NCBI GenBank assembly: GCA_963799775.1
Contig: CAWCYD010000003.1
Coordinates: forward strand, 1,376,001 to 1,440,000
Length of the DNA: 64,000 nt
Direction of reading: 5' to 3'
From: an uncultured archaeon
Lineage (GTDB): Archaea; Thermoproteota; Nitrososphaeria; Nitrososphaerales; Gagatemarchaeaceae
Within the stretch, counting starts at the first letter, position 1; each line of letters begins with the position of its first letter. Below are positions 31,036 to 39,561 of the stretch, piece after piece. The position numbers and the translations under genes are program-made. The notes beneath the pieces were generated by a model. The model was not told where the DNA came from, made no database searches, and was given only the letters and a program-made list of their open reading frames with translations.

Positions 31036-31185
31036 TTATGGTCCTATTTCGAAGTGATCAATTGCCGTTTGGTTCCAAGCGTCGATTGCCACAGCTGTAT
31101 ATCTGCCCGGCGGCAAGCTCACAAACGTCGCATTTTCGGGGGTGGATGAGTAAGAGCCAATATCGGGAGTATTAGCCGCTACAGG
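31036..31185 (-). pseudogene. C-terminal remnant of a partner-family gene
   Basis: Manual translation ...FVSLPPGRYTAVAIDAWNQTAIDHFEIGP* matches the partner C-terminal motif; no start codon. Confidence 0.65.
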
Positions 31186-31423
31186 TTGCCTGCATCATTG
31201 ATCCTTGGACACATGTAGGTGCATCTGGCGGGTAAGCTAGCGTCACCATGTCACTCCTCGGTGCGAACGTATAGCTAGAGGGATGGACTTGCATACTCAG
31301 GATTTCCGTTATTTGGCAAAGGAGCCTGTAGGAGGAGAGGCGACGCGAGGGTCATGTTGTGAAAATGAAATCACGCTGGATTGTGTCGCAGGCAATTCGA
31401 AGGAACGGGAATCTGAAACGGTA

Positions 31424-32095
31424 TCAGAAACCCTCGTTGGCCGGGTACTCCGTGTTGAACTGCTTGAACAGCGTTACCTCTCGAGAAATTAGCCACTGTC
31501 CTGTCTGATACATGTACGTATACGTTCCCGAAGTAGTGACGTTGTAATACCCGATTGTCTTCCCATACCCCTGAAAGGACAATTCTGCTTGAACAATCAC
31601 AGTCGCATTGAGCAATCGGGTCGCGTTCACAGAATTAATTGAATAGGTGACATTCTGGACAGACAAGAATGTCTCCCACGCGAATTCGATCGACGAGGAG
31701 CTGTTATAGATTCCACCCAGACCCTGCGTATTCCCCACCCACTTCATCGTCGCATTCGACGCATAGCCAGCAGCCACCCCAGTGGCATTCCGCTCACTTA
31801 CAGGTGAGAGATGCGACTCGAATGCCTGGATTACAACGCTCACGTTACTCTCCTCAAGGTATGATGATTCGAGGTTCGTGTATGCGTTTGCCTGCGAACT
31901 AAGGCTCGAAGCGAGAACTGCACTTTCTGAGATGAGACTCGAATTCCGACTCTGCAGAGAGCCTGCTATAGTGTATTCGTAAGCCCCTAACGAAGAGATG
32001 ACAACAATAAGGACAACCAGTGGCACGACAATCTTTGACCATGGCTTGCGCCCTTTACTTGTCTCTGGAAGCAAAACGCTCGCTGAAAAATCCAT
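31424..32095 (-). CDS. membrane-anchored protein with NTF2/SnoaL-like domain (alternative partner)
   Basis: N-terminal TM and coiled segment, then YASNATMKWVG...GQWLISRE (NTF2-like end). Confidence 0.6.
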   Translation of the reverse strand: MDFSASVLLPETSKGRKPWSKIVVPLVVLIVVISSLGAYEYTIAGSLQSRNSSLISESAVLASSLSSQANAYTNLESSYLEESNVSVVIQAFESHLSPVSERNATGVAAGYASNATMKWVGNTQGLGGIYNSSSSIEFAWETFLSVQNVTYSINSVNATRLLNATVIVQAELSFQGYGKTIGYYNVTTSGTYTYMYQTGQWLISREVTLFKQFNTEYPANEGF

Positions 32096-32158
32096 GGCGC
32101 TATCAGAAAAGTCGTAGCCTCGCCCTAGAAATGTATCATCGCTGATGTCCGCTTAGAG

Positions 32159-33355
32159 TTAACAGCTGTACTCGACAGCGAAGAAGCCGGTGCAACTGCT
32201 ACTGTTGTAATATTCTGTGAAAGTGCCATAGCTGTAACCCATCGGCTCGCTCATCGAAGATGTTGCTGTGTTCTGGTAACCACCATTGACCATTTCAGTA
32301 CCGTGCCCCCAATCACTAAGATAATTAGGGTACTGGTCGAACTTGGTTCCAGTTCCAGTTCCCATTTCGAGGTCCGTAAAAGTAACCGTCGAGAATTTTG
32401 CCAGTATATAGGTACCTTCTGTCCCTGCAGGCTCCTCGACCACGGTATCCGCATAGTGCGGGACAGCAGCTAAGCTATAATCATCAGTGCAGGCTTGATT
32501 ATTGTACTCGTTGATGACGTCCACGAAGTAGTCGCTTCCTGACATGCTAAATTGGGCATTAGATCCGGTCTGTGCGTAGATGTGATTCCCCGCGCTCACC
32601 GTTATCCCACAGTAATTGATACTCGGTTGCTGGCCAGCACCGTTATCACCGCCGTAGAAGTACTCGGTAAGGGCTGTATCTTGTGTTGTACCTGTGCTAG
32701 AAGTATAGTTCCCTTGAATCCCTCCCCGAACCAGTACATTGGTCCCTCGCCAAAGATAGTCTGTGCCAAAGTATGTGCCATTTTGTAACCCGGTCCATTC
32801 GTCAACCAGGCACTCGGTAACATTATCCTGTACCTTTGACCAGTAGCAGCCGCTCGAAATCGAAGAAAGTGTAGGAGTGCTCCAATATGCCGCTGAGTAA
32901 GTCACTGTTACGCTAGAAGGGGTAGAGGCATTGGCCACATAAAATCCTCCTTGATAATCTACATCGCTTACAGGTATGCCCGAGGCGGATGCATACCCGT
33001 GCCTTATGACATTGTATACCACTCCCGACGTGGGATTCACCGTCATTGTTAGAATGTATACATCTTGTCCATCCTTTTGAAGCAAGAAGTTCGCGGCGGC
33101 ATCGTGCCAAGTGACGGTGCAGTTTGTAGGATTAAGGTTCCAGTCGTTGTCGAAGCCCATAAATGTAGAGTTGTAGCCGGAGACCGCGTTCTGGTATTGG
33201 GGTGACTGAGCCGCAAAAGTCTGCACTGCTGCGAAACTGACGATGTTATTCTCGGATCCCATCTCAGACGCAAGCTTCAGCGGTGTGCATACGGCAAATG
33301 TGTCCGCCATAGCTGTTCCGGCAGTTAACAGCATCGCGATGGGAGAAATCACCAA
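32159..33355 (-). CDS. divergent G1-family peptidase 5 (true start possibly 33408 via frameshift)
   Basis: YQGG, YWSTP, EWTGL, LVRGG (R at the usual Q position), AGNHIYA, VVEEP and LAKFSTVTF. Confidence 0.65.
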   Translation of the reverse strand: MVISPIAMLLTAGTAMADTFAVCTPLKLASEMGSENNIVSFAAVQTFAAQSPQYQNAVSGYNSTFMGFDNDWNLNPTNCTVTWHDAAANFLLQKDGQDVYILTMTVNPTSGVVYNVIRHGYASASGIPVSDVDYQGGFYVANASTPSSVTVTYSAAYWSTPTLSSISSGCYWSKVQDNVTECLVDEWTGLQNGTYFGTDYLWRGTNVLVRGGIQGNYTSSTGTTQDTALTEYFYGGDNGAGQQPSINYCGITVSAGNHIYAQTGSNAQFSMSGSDYFVDVINEYNNQACTDDYSLAAVPHYADTVVEEPAGTEGTYILAKFSTVTFTDLEMGTGTGTKFDQYPNYLSDWGHGTEMVNGGYQNTATSSMSEPMGYSYGTFTEYYNSSSCTGFFAVEYSC

Positions 33356-33763
33356 CAGAAAGAGAAGCGGGATGCTGGCAGGCGGATGAAGGAACCGATG
33401 ACTTTCATGGATAACTCTTGCTGGAGACTCTTCTATTAAAAGTTAGTGTTTACACTGTAATACAGTACAATAATTCATGCGGAGTCGAAATATATTTCCT
33501 TCTAATCGTCTTCGACGATCGTCGTCACGCGAAATGATCCTTCAGCATAAACTCGGAATCAGGTGGTCGACCTACCTGCGGAGCTTTCTCTCGGGAGCTT
33601 ACGAGTTAGAGTCGCATGGACGACTCACCGTACACATCACAGGCACGTTCATAACAGGCTGAGCAGCCAGCAGCCAAGGAGACACTTTTGAATAACATCG
33701 GCCAAAGCCATGAAAAAAGATACCCCTCCAATGGGTGTATCCTGTTGTAGGCCTGTTTTCTTC

Positions 33764-33816
33764 AGAATAGCTCAATTTATCCCCTTTCCCTCCCCCCTTC
33801 ACGCGAGCCCATAGCA
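33764..33816. repeat. motif C copy 4
   Basis: agaatagctcaatttatcccctttccctccccccttcacGCGAGCCCATAGCA. Confidence 0.8.
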
Positions 33817-33896
33817 GTAATACGTGTACACACCCGGGCATCCGCTCCGTATTGGGGAGAAGCACGCCGCAATCGGGTGTTAAGGACACTCGAGCG

Positions 33897-34733
33897 TTAG
33901 CATTGGACGGAGCTTGAATAACTGAATGATTGGTCCCAGTAAGTGGCAATACCGGAGCTGTATTCGCTCCAGCAGCCGTAATACATGTTAGAACTTTCAG
34001 CCGTTCCCACGTAGCTCGGAGAGCCCCAATAGTTGGTGAGGTCGTTTGAACTTCCAGCATACATGGTGCCGCTTCCGGAACTGAAGTCGGCAGTAAGGTT
34101 GTTCATCCCGCACCAACACGGATTAGATCGGAGCCAGTACCAGTCGCCATATGTCTCAGGATAGAACGAGCCGCTCGTACCTCCAGCGCCGCTTCCGCCT
34201 CCGTTGACCGACCACGTTATCTCGTCGACATAGCCGCTTGAGTCTGTCCATTCGTCGATATTGTATGGAGCTCCGCTTGTGAGAGCGCCGGTAACCTGGG
34301 TCCCGGAACCAGAGTCGTCCTTCTCAGCTACAAGGGCGCCAGTGTTCGTGTTGGCTACGTAGAAATAGTATATGATTGCCGGCGGGGAAACCTGGAAGTC
34401 TTCAGCGATCGAGAATTGCAGCCAGTCTGCGTTTGTCTGGTACGAATTGGATTCGGACACGTCTGGATTATATTGTAAGGTGAATGTATCATACCCAGTT
34501 TCGCCCGAGCTTCCTACAGTCCCAGCCATGTTTGAGGACAAATCCGAGCTAATGTAAGCATCGCCACTTGTTATGATGCAATCATTCGTCGATGAGCAGT
34601 CAAACTCACCGTCGCCATTCCCATAATAGAACCCATCTGAAGCTGGCCATGCCATCGCTTTGGCTACAAAGGCTGATGAAACGAGCAGCAGCCCAATAGC
34701 GCACGCGCCGACCAAGACAAGACTATGCCGCAA
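33897..34733 (-). CDS. secreted acidic thermopsin-like (putative glutamic) peptidase
   Basis: Signal peptide; FTLQYN, DWLQF and GTAESSN resemble the thermopsin SLQLN/WxQN/TxEx motifs. Confidence 0.5.
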   Translation of the reverse strand: MRHSLVLVGACAIGLLLVSSAFVAKAMAWPASDGFYYGNGDGEFDCSSTNDCIITSGDAYISSDLSSNMAGTVGSSGETGYDTFTLQYNPDVSESNSYQTNADWLQFSIAEDFQVSPPAIIYYFYVANTNTGALVAEKDDSGSGTQVTGALTSGAPYNIDEWTDSSGYVDEITWSVNGGGSGAGGTSGSFYPETYGDWYWLRSNPCWCGMNNLTADFSSGSGTMYAGSSNDLTNYWGSPSYVGTAESSNMYYGCWSEYSSGIATYWDQSFSYSSSVQC

Positions 34734-35550
34734 CTTTGATCCCCTGGCCCTGGATGTACAGTTGAACCGGCACCTGGGTGGCATTCGCCAACAGATTGCT
34801 CGGAAGCGAAGTGGATATGGCGGCAGCTCCCGTTGTTTCGTAGGACTTGAGCGTCCCGATAGGAGCAACCTGGACCCAGATTGGAGAGTTCGTGTATGCG
34901 GTGAAAGTTATCACAGAACCCGCGGCAAGAGAATTACCCAATTGTACCGCGACACCCGGGGTTTCGTTATCGGCGGTAAAGTTGGCCATCAGTTGATTCC
35001 CTGATATCACGGATGGTTCGCCGATCATTGTTGCCGCTTGGGCGTGGCTGTTTCCCAAGCGCTGGGTCATATGGGCCACAAGATTGCCATTCACATACAG
35101 CCCCATGTAGAGAGTGGTATTCGCACTCACGTCGTAGGGAAGGACATTGATGTTGACCGATAGTTCACCGGTGATACCTTGCGTTGTATTATGACTAGAG
35201 GAGACAAGCACGTTCGCAGGCATCTGCCATCCCTGAAAGCCCGCCGATGACAAAGTCATGCCAGGGGTGTTTCCGAAAAAGTAGAAGTCGCTTGGAGGAG
35301 GCAGAGCGAAGCCAGTGGATAAACTGCTACCGTTACTGGGAATACCATTAGGCGTACCTATCTCGGTTCCTCCAGACTGGCTGGCAGTCGAAGTAGCTGC
35401 GCTGGCATTCGTATTAGTTGCGATCCCATCTCCCTTGGACCCAGAGTACAGAAGATACGAGGAGGATCCAATCGCTGCAGCGGCGACCAAGAGAATTGAA
35501 AGTAGCGCGGACCTCGCTACTCCGGGTCTAGATGCCGCTACTAGCTTCAA
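34723..35550 (-). CDS. membrane-anchored Ser/Thr-rich hypothetical protein
   Basis: N-terminal hydrophobic helix, S/T linker and beta-rich domain; stop overlaps the next gene. Confidence 0.65.
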   Translation of the reverse strand: MKLVAASRPGVARSALLSILLVAAAAIGSSSYLLYSGSKGDGIATNTNASAATSTASQSGGTEIGTPNGIPSNGSSLSTGFALPPPSDFYFFGNTPGMTLSSAGFQGWQMPANVLVSSSHNTTQGITGELSVNINVLPYDVSANTTLYMGLYVNGNLVAHMTQRLGNSHAQAATMIGEPSVISGNQLMANFTADNETPGVAVQLGNSLAAGSVITFTAYTNSPIWVQVAPIGTLKSYETTGAAAISTSLPSNLLANATQVPVQLYIQGQGIKVAA

Positions 35551-35699
35551 TCACCCATGCTTAGCTCATAATAGTATATAATGTCAGGAGAATGTGACAT
35601 CCGGGATTTATTATCACGGTAGATTGTTACAGAAATGCGTTCCAGGCTTGGAGTCTTGAATCCAATGCCTTCTTCCGATGAGGGGTTAAGCCACTCTTC

Positions 35700-35999
35700 T
35701 TACTCTTCAATGGTAGACTTCTCTTCGTCTAGAAGGTCCTGGTATTTCTTTAGCCATCTCCTTCCTTTTGCAGTTATTGCGAATGTCTTCCGCCCTTCGC
35801 TTGAGGTAACGAGACGTATGTACCTGCCAGCCGCCAGCCTCGCCAAGTAGACTCCTTCAGCATCTCTATTCAGGTTGCAAGAAACCATTAGTCTGTGGGC
35901 CGTTGCGTTCCCCTTAACCAAGCATTGTAAAACGTCAGCTTGGATTTCTCTCCATACTCGCTTCTTGCGCTTCCCGGCCACCAACGCAATAATTGCCAA
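35700..35999 (-). CDS. winged-HTH regulator (HTH_45-like)
   Basis: KRVWREIQADVL...AHRLMVSCNLN...FAITAKG. Confidence 0.7.
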   Translation of the reverse strand: MAIIALVAGKRKKRVWREIQADVLQCLVKGNATAHRLMVSCNLNRDAEGVYLARLAAGRYIRLVTSSEGRKTFAITAKGRRWLKKYQDLLDEEKSTIEE

Positions 36000-36092
36000 A
36001 TACGTGAATCAAGGCGGCGATGTTTAAGGTTATTCCGTACGTTCACCCCAGCAACGCGACGGGTAGTCCGAGAAGCTACCTTCTTTTCGTCA

Positions 36093-36337
36093 AGAAGGCC
36101 CGATTTCTCTTCGTTTTCTCTCCCCCCTCTGGCGAGCCCATAGCAAGCAACACCCCTGCGAATCGAGCGAAGCGAGAATGAGCGGCCCCGCCCCGAAGCG
36201 GGGCGAAGGCGAAGTCCGAGCGGAGCGGCGAAGAGGGGGAAGCGAAGCGAGCGCAGCGAGCGGTGCCGAAGGCATCGCGGGGGGTGAATTCGCCGCGGGG
36301 CGAAGGACGAGCCTGAAGGGAGTTGCTTGCTATGGGC
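36093..36337. other. hairpin-rich origin-like element (full-length motif C)
   Basis: Perfect 16-bp IR GCCCATAGCAAGCAAC (36136-36151 and 36322-36337) encloses small hairpins and GCGAAGCGAG repeats. Confidence 0.65.
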
Positions 36338-36359
36338 GAGCCATGAGCTGGCGCCCACG

Positions 36360-38285
36360 TCAGCGTTGAGGCGTCCCTGCCGGTCCTTTGAGGAACTCCG
36401 CGAGCGTTGTCACCGTAACCCTGGGACTCTTCAGAGAGCTGTATCTGCCGCTCGCCGCCAAGTCCGAGTTTGGAACGACGACGAAGAAGGGTTTGGTAGA
36501 ACTGAGTCTTGAGATGCGCTCCTCAAGGTCGCTCGTCCTCGTCTTCAGCCCCGTCTCGATCTCGAAGTACGCGCTCTCCGTCTCGACATCGGGCAGGCTC
36601 TGCCCCGGGTCTGCAATGCTGAGAACCTGGTCGCTGTTCTCCCGCAGCCTATCGACGAGCTGCCTTACCATGTACTTGTGAAGGTTGCTGACCTTCTCGT
36701 CCCCGCCCTTTGGGAAGTACAGGACGACCGTTCCTCCAGGTTCCGTGCCGTCGTACTTCATCCGCTGAAGCTCATCAGCGTTGACCAGCCTCTCTAGGGC
36801 GTCTCTGACCTTCAGTTTCGCGGAGTCCTTGTCCACTCTCCCGTCCTTGCTGAGCTGGCTTGCAAGGGCAGACACCCAGACGACGCCTTCCTTGGCCAGC
36901 GCTTGCTTGACCGCTTTATCGTAGTCCAGGGCCTCGGCTTCCTGGGGGAGCGTTACCGCTAGAAGTTCGCACAAAGCGGTGGGTCGGGTCTCCTTCTCGC
37001 TTTCCGGAACGAATGTGTAGACCTCGATCTCTTTGTGAATAATCTTGGATTTTGCGTCCACGCAGTGGTGCTTCAAGAGCCCAGACACAGTCCAGGAGAG
37101 CATGGGGTCGATTGTCCTCAGCGCCTCAAGGTCTGACTTGGACGAGGTGTTGAAGACGAACTGGGTGGCGAACTGGTTCCTGATCCTGTCCTCGATGTCG
37201 GTGTAGTTCTGGGTAGAGGTCCAGAGGGCTCCTCGCGTCCTTATCTCCCTCGCCATCTCGACGAGGACCGAGTGGTACTTCTCGAAAGTGCCCCGGGTAA
37301 GGCGGTGCGCCTCGTCCACGTATAGGATAATCTTCTTCGCTCCCGTCGTCTGCCCTTGCATCTCGTTCCATATCCCTCTGAGGAGCAACTCCGCGTAGAA
37401 TGTCTTCGCGGGGTCCGATAATCTGGAGAAGTCGAGCACGACGTCCATGCCCATGCGGATGGCCTGGTTGATCGCGTCGGGCCTAGTCCCACCATCTTCA
37501 AGCCGAACAGATTTGGCCTGCGCCTGGATGAAGAAGAGCGCCGAGAGCTGCACCCTGTCCTTGGTCTCGCCTATCCTGCGTTCGGCGTTTCGGCTGAAGT
37601 CCTTCCAGGACGTGCATCCGTAAGCGAGTTCTTGGACGAGGGAAGGGATCTGGCTCGCCGTCACCCCGATGGTGCTGACCGGAAAGGCAATCGCGAAGGC
37701 GCTCACGAAGGCCTCGATGTCCGTGAACGGGTTGGGGACAAGCTCGCTTACGTCGGCGACAGGATACCCGATCTTGAGGTGCGTGTCGTTCACCTTGAAC
37801 GAGAAGACGACCTTCTGCTGCCCCTCGAACTTTCGGAGGAGGAGCCTGACCAAGCTGCTCTTCCCAGCCCCTGAGGCCCCGCTCGTGAAGACGTTCGCGT
37901 TCTCCTTGCCCTCGATCCTCTTGACCTCGTTTATCCACTTGAACCTGAATTCCTCGTTCCGGTATGGCTCCGACTGGGACTTTTCGCCGGAGTTCCTGTG
38001 GACGAGCCTGAGTATTCCGACGTGCCCTGGAGTCGGCTTCTGCTCCTCATGGTGAAGGGGGTTCCAATAAAGCAGGCCCGACGTTGACTGGTATCCTATC
38101 TCGTCTCTGTCTACCCCGTACTTGGCCTCAAGCCCCTTCCAGCGCTTCTCCTGTTCTTGCGCTCTCCTCGCCTCCTCGTCCTGTTCACGTTGCCATCTCC
38201 GCTGCTCCTCCTGCTCCTCTTCCCTCCTCTTCTTTGACTTCCAGAGGTTCAATTCGTAGACTCCTCTCTGAGAATCGTGAGCCAC
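36360..38285 (-). CDS. FtsK/HerA/VirB4-like ATPase fused to wHTH and a PD-(D/E)xK-like C-terminal domain
   Basis: Walker A GASGAGKS, Walker B LYVDEAHR, REIRTRG, TSTQ; C-terminal LHKYMV...LPDVET...YFEIETG. Confidence 0.8.
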   Translation of the reverse strand: MAHDSQRGVYELNLWKSKKRREEEQEEQRRWQREQDEEARRAQEQEKRWKGLEAKYGVDRDEIGYQSTSGLLYWNPLHHEEQKPTPGHVGILRLVHRNSGEKSQSEPYRNEEFRFKWINEVKRIEGKENANVFTSGASGAGKSSLVRLLLRKFEGQQKVVFSFKVNDTHLKIGYPVADVSELVPNPFTDIEAFVSAFAIAFPVSTIGVTASQIPSLVQELAYGCTSWKDFSRNAERRIGETKDRVQLSALFFIQAQAKSVRLEDGGTRPDAINQAIRMGMDVVLDFSRLSDPAKTFYAELLLRGIWNEMQGQTTGAKKIILYVDEAHRLTRGTFEKYHSVLVEMAREIRTRGALWTSTQNYTDIEDRIRNQFATQFVFNTSSKSDLEALRTIDPMLSWTVSGLLKHHCVDAKSKIIHKEIEVYTFVPESEKETRPTALCELLAVTLPQEAEALDYDKAVKQALAKEGVVWVSALASQLSKDGRVDKDSAKLKVRDALERLVNADELQRMKYDGTEPGGTVVLYFPKGGDEKVSNLHKYMVRQLVDRLRENSDQVLSIADPGQSLPDVETESAYFEIETGLKTRTSDLEERISRLSSTKPFFVVVPNSDLAASGRYSSLKSPRVTVTTLAEFLKGPAGTPQR

Positions 38286-38431
38286 GTCGCGAGCTTCGGG
38301 GGGTAGTCCCTGGCCTCCAGCGAATCAGGCTCTGACAGCAGCACCTTGCGCAGAATCGAATCACTCGGCAGAATTTTCTCTGCCAGCCTTTTGAGCGGTT
38401 GGAGGTCCAGTACCACGACTTTCTGCTGCAT
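38249..38431 (-). CDS. small hypothetical protein (60 aa)
   Basis: MQQKVVVLDLQPLKRLA...VLLSEPD...; overlaps the ATPase start. Confidence 0.55.
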   Translation of the reverse strand: MQQKVVVLDLQPLKRLAEKILPSDSILRKVLLSEPDSLEARDYPPKLATWLTILREESTN

Positions 38432-38525
38432 GGTATGTAGTATGGTGGGCCGCGATGATAGACGCAGAGAATGAATCTGAAAGCGCAGATTCTGAGCCCT
38501 TTGATTCCTTACAATTTCTTCAGAA

Positions 38526-39059
38526 TCAGTTGGGCTTTTGAAGCATAATTGAGAGAACTTCTCTCCTTCGCTGCCTGGCCATCCAAACAAACACGGAGAG
38601 GAAGAACGCCTCGATTGCCCCAGCTGAGACCGTGAGGACAAGGACCGTGAAGAGGTACGACGGGTACTGTGCGTAGGCAGGATATAGCGAAATGCCGATA
38701 ACCGCTCCGACAATCAGGCTTATCCCGACCATGATACCCATCTCGACCAGCCCCACGGCATTGAAGAAGTTCCCCAGAGCCCTCCTGCCTTTTTGAGTCA
38801 GCGCGTAGGAGTTGGCGTCCCTATCAGGCAGATTGTCTCCAAGCAATCTGATGTAACCATAGTTGAGAAGGGCGGGATACGCATAATTCGTGATCGTGTT
38901 CTCGGGGATTCCTAACTCCTTTCCCAGCTTCTCGGCGGACGATTCCCTGTTTCCTCTCTTCGAGTTATCGAGGTAGGCCAGGACCTTGATCCAATTCAGA
39001 GTGAGGTCTCCCATCCTCTCAACGCGAAACCGTCTCTTCAGAGATTCGAGTGCCATCAC
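38526..39059 (-). CDS. wHTH protein with two C-terminal TM helices
   Basis: LGKELGIPENTI...YALTQKGR plus hydrophobic segments. Confidence 0.7.
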   Translation of the reverse strand: MMALESLKRRFRVERMGDLTLNWIKVLAYLDNSKRGNRESSAEKLGKELGIPENTITNYAYPALLNYGYIRLLGDNLPDRDANSYALTQKGRRALGNFFNAVGLVEMGIMVGISLIVGAVIGISLYPAYAQYPSYLFTVLVLTVSAGAIEAFFLSVFVWMARQRRREVLSIMLQKPN

Positions 39060-39143
39060 AAGCCAGTCTCCTCTTGTTGAATCAAGCCCTGGACCAGCTG
39101 TAGACTCGCTGACGAGGGCAAGGAGGAGGAACGCGTTGAAAAC

Positions 39144-39551
39144 CTAGAACCACGGGCCAAAGACCCACGTAGGGATTACGAAGTCTATCACGAGAAGGCC
39201 GAAGAGGATCACTATCATCGACTCGATGATGCCGGTCTGCTCAATCGACTTGGACGCCTCGTACTCCCGCTTTATCTCGCGCGCAGACACTTCGCGCTCG
39301 ACGTAGTATTGGAAGACCTCCCGAGGGTCGTCGTATTTGTCGGGGCCTAAAGCATCGTAAAGGGTCCTCTTCTCGGCGTCTGACAAGACGAGATAGGCCT
39401 GAGAGACTTCCTGGAACTTCTCCTCTGCATCCGGAGACTTGTTCCTGTCGGGGTGATACCTGACGGCCAGCCTCCTGTAGGCTTCCTTGATTGTTTCTCT
39501 CGATGCCGTCCTCGCAACACCAAGGACATCGTACAAGTCGTGCCTTTGCAT
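39144..39551 (-). CDS. DnaJ (J-domain) membrane protein (premature TAG relative to its paralog)
   Basis: DLYDVLGV...RYHPDRN; [14 protein letters not shown] and WVFGPWF are shared with 9788-10250. Confidence 0.8.
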   Translation of the reverse strand: MQRHDLYDVLGVARTASRETIKEAYRRLAVRYHPDRNKSPDAEEKFQEVSQAYLVLSDAEKRTLYDALGPDKYDDPREVFQYYVEREVSAREIKREYEASKSIEQTGIIESMIVILFGLLVIDFVIPTWVFGPWF

Positions 39552-39561
39552 GCTTTCGCCC

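Noticed and set aside
38526-39551. Amber read-through fusing the J-domain gene to the in-frame wHTH-TM gene
   Set aside because: The paralog has Tyr (TAC) at this position and its C-terminus aligns with a shifted frame ending VYSWSRA*; a point mutation or error is more likely than recoding.
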